From Thermodesulfobacteriota bacterium (GTDB lineage Bacteria > Desulfobacterota > Desulfarculia > JACQYL01): DNA of 64,000 bases. The DNA is taken from positions 1,717,448 through 1,781,447 of the forward strand of contig CAXXLZ010000001.1 of the NCBI GenBank assembly GCA_963675595.2. Reading direction: 5' to 3'. Shown piece by piece: positions 59,195 through 64,000 of this stretch (positions within the stretch are counted from its first letter, which is position 1; each line of letters begins with the position of its first letter). A program made the translations under genes and the position numbers. The notes under the pieces were generated by a model. It did not search any database and was not told the origin of the DNA. It saw nothing but the letters and a program-made list of their open reading frames with translations.

Positions 59195-59510
59195 TTTCCT
59201 GCCCCAGGTCCCATTACGCCGGGTTGCCGGTGATATACGCCCGGATGCGGTTCCATGCATCGCCTTTCCTTATGATGTATTCCTAATAATTCCGTTGTCA
59301 CAATTTCAGACCGGGCGTATTACGCAATTCATTGACCCGTCCGGCTAAAACCGTCTTGAGCGCGCCCGTCAATCGTTCCACCGGTTTCCGCGCGGTTCCC
59401 GCGCGGTTCCCGCAGAGGCGTGTTTGAAACCCGTCCCTACGGATAACACCATAATTTCCCGTGTGCGATTGGACATAACCACGTATTCATCCAATTCCAC
59501 ATGATCATAG
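59195..59510 (-). pseudogene. REP-associated tyrosine transposase (RAYT/TnpA-REP) relic
   Basis: Manual translation: YDHVELDEYVVMSNRTREIMVLSVGTGFKH.../...KL*QRNY*EYIIRKGDAWNRIRAYITGNPA*WD; three stops and a frameshift. Confidence 0.8.
59412..59440 (-). repeat. GTAG-type REP palindrome embedded in the RAYT relic
   Basis: Minus strand GTAGGGACGGGTTTCAAACACGCCTCTGC; adjacent 3 x 11-bp repeat at 59383-59415. Confidence 0.65.
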
Positions 59511-60275
59511 GGAACCGGCCCCCGGGTTCACGCACTCCTCGGATTTCACTAACTTACTCTCCGTTGCTGAGATTGAACTCATCCAATTTCTTCAGATTTT
59601 CCAGCCGGCTGCATAGAAACGATCGTTTGCCGCCCGATCCGAAGTTTGACCTAGTTGACTTATCGACTTTACTGATTAATAGTAGCCATACCTATTTATT
59701 TACCTAATGTGTCCTGCAAACGTTTATCGATCGGGCAAGGAGTACTCTCGATCACCCAAATCCGTAATTATTTGAATTACCTTTGCCGATTCAAATAACT
59801 TAGGTAATACCGGGCGGTTATACAAGGAAGACCTACAACGCCGGATTTGGTCCTCCCCAATGCTCCTCGAAGTAAACGGCGTCTTTGGACCGGACGGCTT
59901 GAATAACGGGGTCGGCGTCGCACTGAAATTCCGTCCTTAGCATAGAGGATTGCCCGGTAAACCATATAATTCCCATCCGCCATAGGCGCTGATAGGTGAT
60001 TCCGGCTTTATCGGCGGGAATGTCGGTACCGGTGAAAACCACATACGTACCATTGAAACGGGTGTCTTCTCCAGCTGAGATTCAGCGACCCATTGTTGTT
60101 TCCCGGAAGTTTGCATGTGATGAATCGCCTGCAGGCCGGAGGAAGCTTGAGACGGGCAAAGTCCGAAGTACGGCAACCGGGCTTTCCGTACCGAGTCTTC
60201 CGTGATACCCAAGGCGTTTTACAGAGGCGGGGTGTCAAGCCCCCAGTTTTTGGTCCAGGAGTTATGAGAGTTTTA

Positions 60276-61187
60276 TCATGACTCGCGGTTTTCCATCCCC
60301 GGCCCTTGGGGCCTCGGCGAAGCCGAGCTGAGCGAGGCGGAGTCGAGGCCCCAAGGGCTCGCCGCGAACTGGGCCGGGGTCATGTAATTCAATGCACTGT
60401 GCGGTCTTTCCTCGTTATAGGCTTTCCGCCATTTGGCGGCCAGAGTCTGCGCTTCCTTGATGTTGTTGAAAATTTCCATGTTCAAGAATTCATCCCGAAA
60501 ACGGCTGTTGAAACTTTCCACGTACCCGTTCTGCCAAGGGGCTCCCGGCTCGACGAAAAGGGTTCCCACTCCCAGGTCTTTCAGCCAGTTTCTCACCTTT
60601 TGGGCTATAAATTCGGGACCGTTATCCGATCGAATGCCCGTTGGAACTCCCCGCTCGCCCATCAATCGGCTCAGCTCGTTCAAAACGTCTTCACCCGTAA
60701 TGGAGCGGTTGATCCTCAGGGCCAGGTTTTCCCGAGTAAACTCGTCGACAATGGCCAAGCACTTGAACTGACGGCCGTCGACCAAGCGGTCATGAATGAA
60801 ATCCAACGTCCAGACATCATTTGCAAAAGCCGCCTTACGCTTGTTGCACGCATTGGCATCAACTCCCAGGAAGCGTTTCTTCTTGGCTTTTCGAGGTACC
60901 TTGAATCCTTCCTCTTTCCAAAGTCTATGAATTCGCTTGTAGTTTACCGCCCACCCCGCATCACGCAGCAGCCGAGTGATCCTACGGCATCCAAAACGGG
61001 GATGTTCTCCAACCAACCGGTGAAGAGCCTTGATCAGTTCCACCTCATCGTCCCGTTCCTTCGGCTCATAACGTTGGGTGGATCGGTGTTGACCGGCTAC
61101 GCGGCAGGCCCGACGCTCTGAAGCGGCATGTTCACTTCGAACATAATCAACCGCTTTCCTACGACGCGCCGGGCTTAGAAGTTTCCC
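60276..61187 (-). CDS. IS3 transposase OrfB (integrase core), expressed by -1 frameshift
   Basis: WTLDF, IVDEFTRE, IRSDNGPEF, PWQNGYVESFN, YNEERPHSAL; frame stays open up to the GGGAAAC heptamer. Confidence 0.9.
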   Translation of the reverse strand, partial: GKLLSPARRRKAVDYVRSEHAASERRACRVAGQHRSTQRYEPKERDDEVELIKALHRLVGEHPRFGCRRITRLLRDAGWAVNYKRIHRLWKEEGFKVPRKAKKKRFLGVDANACNKRKAAFANDVWTLDFIHDRLVDGRQFKCLAIVDEFTRENLALRINRSITGEDVLNELSRLMGERGVPTGIRSDNGPEFIAQKVRNWLKDLGVGTLFVEPGAPWQNGYVESFNSRFRDEFLNMEIFNNIKEAQTLAAKWRKAYNEERPHSALNYMTPAQFAASPWGLDSASLSSASPRPQGPGMENRES

Positions 61188-61456
61188 TCCGCAAGATCCT
61201 TCAGCATTGCCTTGTCCAACATCAGATCGGCGACCAGCTTTTTTAAGCGTGCATTTTCCTTTTCCAGTTCTTTTAGCCGTTTGGCCTCCTCAGCCTTCAT
61301 CCCCCCATACTGGTTTCGCCACCGGTGGTACGTCGCCTCGCTCACCTCCAGCGATTGGCAAACCTGCGCTATCGTCTGCCCTGCCGTCAGACGACGGTCC
61401 GCGTCTTCAAGTTTCCGGATGATTTGCTCCGCGCTGTGTCTCTTTCTCTTGGCCAT
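61175..61456 (-). CDS. IS3 transposase OrfA (HTH)
   Basis: RHSAEQIIRKL...VSEATYHRWRNQYGGM...LKELEKENARLKKLVA. Confidence 0.92.
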   Translation of the reverse strand: MAKRKRHSAEQIIRKLEDADRRLTAGQTIAQVCQSLEVSEATYHRWRNQYGGMKAEEAKRLKELEKENARLKKLVADLMLDKAMLKDLAEGNF

Positions 61457-61684
61457 GCAAAAAGTCTCCTTCCGTTCTTTGGGCATTCAGACTCTTATTA
61501 TACATGGACCAATTATCGGGGGGCATTCCAGGGGCGCTCATGAAGAATGAACTCACCGGCGCCTTTTTCCTCGTCGACTTCATAGGAGAACTCTCCCCAT
61601 AAACGGATAATTTCGGGCGGCTTCTTCAGTGTCCGTGGATGTATCCCCGGCGACTCCGTCCGAGGAAGGGTGAGTGTGGTCGGC

Positions 61685-62224
61685 ATGAAATGTATTTTGG
61701 CTTCCGTCCTGACCGTGTGCGTCTGTTTCTTCTATCCAGCGGCGACCTTGGGGGCCGGCGAAGATCATCCGTCTTCCCCTCTTGCCTTGAAGACGGAGGC
61801 CATTGTTGAGGCCGCTTACGCGTATGTTCTGGAACATCAGGACGACATGTCCGTCGTCCAAGACGCTCTCCAACACGACCCGAGATTTTCCGACCACGAA
61901 ATGGGGCTCTACGTCTTCATGCACTGCTATAACGCAGCCAAGAAGGAGGCGATATGTTGCGCGCAAGGAATCAGGCCGGAACTCGTCGGTAAGAACATGT
62001 GGCATCTCAGAACGCCGAACGGCAGGCTGCTCTTCCATGAAATCGTAAGCATCATCGAGCACGACGGCGAAGGATGGATCGAATACGACTGGCTGAACCC
62101 ATATGCAAAAAAGATACAGACCAAGGTATCATTCGTGAAAGGGATATCCCTGAAGGACGGACGAAAGGCATGGGTCGGATGCGGATACTGGAAATCGGAT
62201 CGGAACAGGATGCGTATTCGCTGA
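61685..62224 (+). CDS. Stand-alone exported Cache domain protein
   Basis: Signal peptide; LYVF, LVGKN, GEGWIEYDWLNP, KVSFVK, VGCGYW. Confidence 0.82.
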   Translation: MKCILASVLTVCVCFFYPAATLGAGEDHPSSPLALKTEAIVEAAYAYVLEHQDDMSVVQDALQHDPRFSDHEMGLYVFMHCYNAAKKEAICCAQGIRPELVGKNMWHLRTPNGRLLFHEIVSIIEHDGEGWIEYDWLNPYAKKIQTKVSFVKGISLKDGRKAWVGCGYWKSDRNRMRIR

Positions 62225-62275
62225 GATGCTTTGAATCCTATTCAAGAAGTTCATTTATATGTCGGGATGCCCAAT

Positions 62276-64000
62276 ATGACAATCCGGAGAAAAATATACA
62301 CCACCGGCGCCGTCACCTTCTTCCTATTTGTTCTGATTGCCTGGTTGAACATCTGGACTCACCAGCAGGTGATTTCCAATCTGCGAATCCGTGATGAAGT
62401 CAGTGGTCGACTTGCCGGCATTCAAGATTTCGTGAAATGGAGAAACGGAATTGTCCGATTGATTTCCGACATGATGGCGTCGGGTCATGTTCCGCCCTTT
62501 GCGAGCGAGCGACTAAGCCCGCCGTTTGAATGGCCGATACGAGGAATCGACGCTTTGCTGAAGTCTTCAAGAGAACTGGTTCTTCTGATCGAGGAAAAAG
62601 CGCGCTTAACCGATAGAAAAGAAAAGACTTTTTCGGCGCTGAGGACCACGATAAATGATATTTATTATAGGCTGGATGAGAAGATTGCAACGGTGTTGGC
62701 CGGCACACAAATAGACCAGGTATTGGGAAAATCCGTCCATGAAAGAACTTCACTGGCGCCTTACGTACTCAAGAGTCTCAATCAGCTCACCCTTGTGGCC
62801 TTGAACAGTCTGATATCCAACCGCTACACGGAAGAAAACAAGGGCATCGTGGCCAGAAACAATCTGTTCCTATCATCCCAGTTACAAACGATCGACGAGG
62901 ACGGCAGTATCGCCGCTTTGTTCAAGGAGCTGTTCTCCCAAATACAATTGCTTGAGACGCTTATTCCGGACACCAACCGAACGTTGGACCGAATCGAATC
63001 ACGAATCGCAGAGGCAAAAGACCGTTTTGATCGAGCCGTGGAGAATACGGAAGTTGAAGGCCTCGTTGCGCGAGCGGAGTCCGAAATGGGGAAGGCCAAT
63101 GAAGTTCTTAAATCGGCCAGCCGGCGCAACCTGATCACCGTCGTCCTCCTTCTTGCAGCGGTACCGGTTCTGGGTATCATGATCGGTATTATCGGACTAA
63201 ATAGACTCATCGTCGGACCGATCACCCAGTTGGTGAACGACATGAAGAATGTCGAAAGCGGCAGCTTCGATGTAAGGACTCCGGAGAAGACCCATGATGA
63301 AATCGGTGAACTGGCTCGAGCGTTCAATGCCATGGCGGCTGAAATCAAAGCAAAAGTGATGGAAATGGAGCAACTGAACCAAATCCTTAAAGAAAGCGAG
63401 TCAAAGTATCGAACGCTCGTGGATAACCTTCCACAAAGCATCTTTCACAAGGACCTGAACCTGGTTTATGTCTCGTGCAATCGGAATTTTGCCCGAGATT
63501 TCGGAATGAGGGAAGAGGAGATTGTTGGAGAGACGGACTTTGATCTGTTTCCGGAAGCCCTGGCGATGAAGTACAGAGACGACGACGCCAGGATCCTGCG
63601 CACGAGAACGCCGGAGGAGATTGAGGAGCCTTATGTCCGAGACGGGAAAGAACTGATCGTACAGACCGTTAAGACGGCCGTGCTGGACGAAAAGGGTCAA
63701 GTTATCGGAGTGCTTGGAGTCCTTTGGGATATCACCGAAAGAAAACTCGCCGAGAAAGAGCTGCATCTGGCCAGATTCTCTCTGGAAAACGCGTCGGTCG
63801 GAATGTTCTGGATAGATGAGGAAGGCCGCTTTCAAAATGTGAATGAAAGCGCGTGCCGTGATCTCGGTTACGGCCGAAACGAAATCCTATCCATGCGGAT
63901 ATGGTCTGTCGATACGGACTCCTCTCCCGATCGGTATGCACAGCTCTGGCGAGATATGAGCGACGGAGAGCCTCTTGTTCTCGAAGCGACCTACCGTCGC
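62276..64000 (+). CDS. Membrane sensor protein (TM-periplasmic-TM-HAMP-PAS-PAS), probably a histidine kinase; runs off window end
   Basis: Manual translation is open for 575 codons: MTIRRKIY..., HDEIGELARAFNAM (HAMP), SESKYRTLVDNLP...WDITERK (PAS/PAC). Confidence 0.88.
   Translation, partial: MTIRRKIYTTGAVTFFLFVLIAWLNIWTHQQVISNLRIRDEVSGRLAGIQDFVKWRNGIVRLISDMMASGHVPPFASERLSPPFEWPIRGIDALLKSSRELVLLIEEKARLTDRKEKTFSALRTTINDIYYRLDEKIATVLAGTQIDQVLGKSVHERTSLAPYVLKSLNQLTLVALNSLISNRYTEENKGIVARNNLFLSSQLQTIDEDGSIAALFKELFSQIQLLETLIPDTNRTLDRIESRIAEAKDRFDRAVENTEVEGLVARAESEMGKANEVLKSASRRNLITVVLLLAAVPVLGIMIGIIGLNRLIVGPITQLVNDMKNVESGSFDVRTPEKTHDEIGELARAFNAMAAEIKAKVMEMEQLNQILKESESKYRTLVDNLPQSIFHKDLNLVYVSCNRNFARDFGMREEEIVGETDFDLFPEALAMKYRDDDARILRTRTPEEIEEPYVRDGKELIVQTVKTAVLDEKGQVIGVLGVLWDITERKLAEKELHLARFSLENASVGMFWIDEEGRFQNVNESACRDLGYGRNEILSMRIWSVDTDSSPDRYAQLWRDMSDGEPLVLEATYRR

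Larger units (their letters stand above)
60233..61530 (-). mobile_element. Complete IS3-family element (IS407-like) with 4-bp target duplication
   Basis: Ends TGTCAAGCCCCCAGTTTTTGGTCCA / TGGAATGCCCCCCGATAATTGGTCCA; GGGG at 60229-60232 and 61531-61534. Confidence 0.92.

Noticed and set aside
59383-59415. CRISPR-like repeats
   Set aside because: Only 3 x 11-bp tandem units with no spacers; no cas genes or arrays seen anywhere in the window
62276-64000. Apparent gene-free or pseudogene region in the ORF track
   Set aside because: Manual translation gives one uninterrupted frame that runs off the window
1-64000. Selenocysteine or stop read-through genes, tRNA or rRNA
   Set aside because: No gene appeared truncated at an in-frame TGA within a redox motif, and no cloverleaf or rRNA-like sequence was recognised by eye; tRNAscan and Infernal were not run

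Overview
A 64-kb, GC-rich chromosomal segment from an anaerobic bacterium. Gene content (tupABC, hcp/HcpR, W-dependent AOR, rubrerythrin, TAXI-TRAP, HDOD/HD-GYP signalling) suggests Desulfobacterota, but that is an inference. It is mostly metabolic and housekeeping DNA: tungstate ABC transporter, pgi-glk, a pomA/pomB-type stator pair, the hcp nitrosative-stress operon with its Crp/Fnr regulator, a Na+:solute symporter, xth, an mla-like ABC operon, a DUF362/polyferredoxin pair, a TRAP system with two TAXI paralogues, GH13 amylase, ClC channel, CoA-transferase III, AOR plus class II aldolase, two-component genes, penicillin acylase and TrmO. Mobile DNA comprises two complete IS elements with visible inverted repeats and target duplications (IS1182/IS5-like at 26261-28136; IS3 family at 60233-61530), a decayed REP-associated tyrosine transposase with REP palindromes, and a dispersed ~154-bp MITE-like repeat family. 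No rRNA, tRNA or CRISPR array was seen. The best leads are: (1) stator genes motA and motB arranged convergently, with motB on its own sigma70 promoter and no flagellar genes nearby; (2) a short leader with a strong intrinsic terminator directly before the symporter RBS, a candidate unrecognised riboswitch or attenuator; (3) an AOR overlapping a two-domain, Cys-inserted class II aldolase; (4) the MITE family. All family calls come from motif recognition by eye, not database searches.
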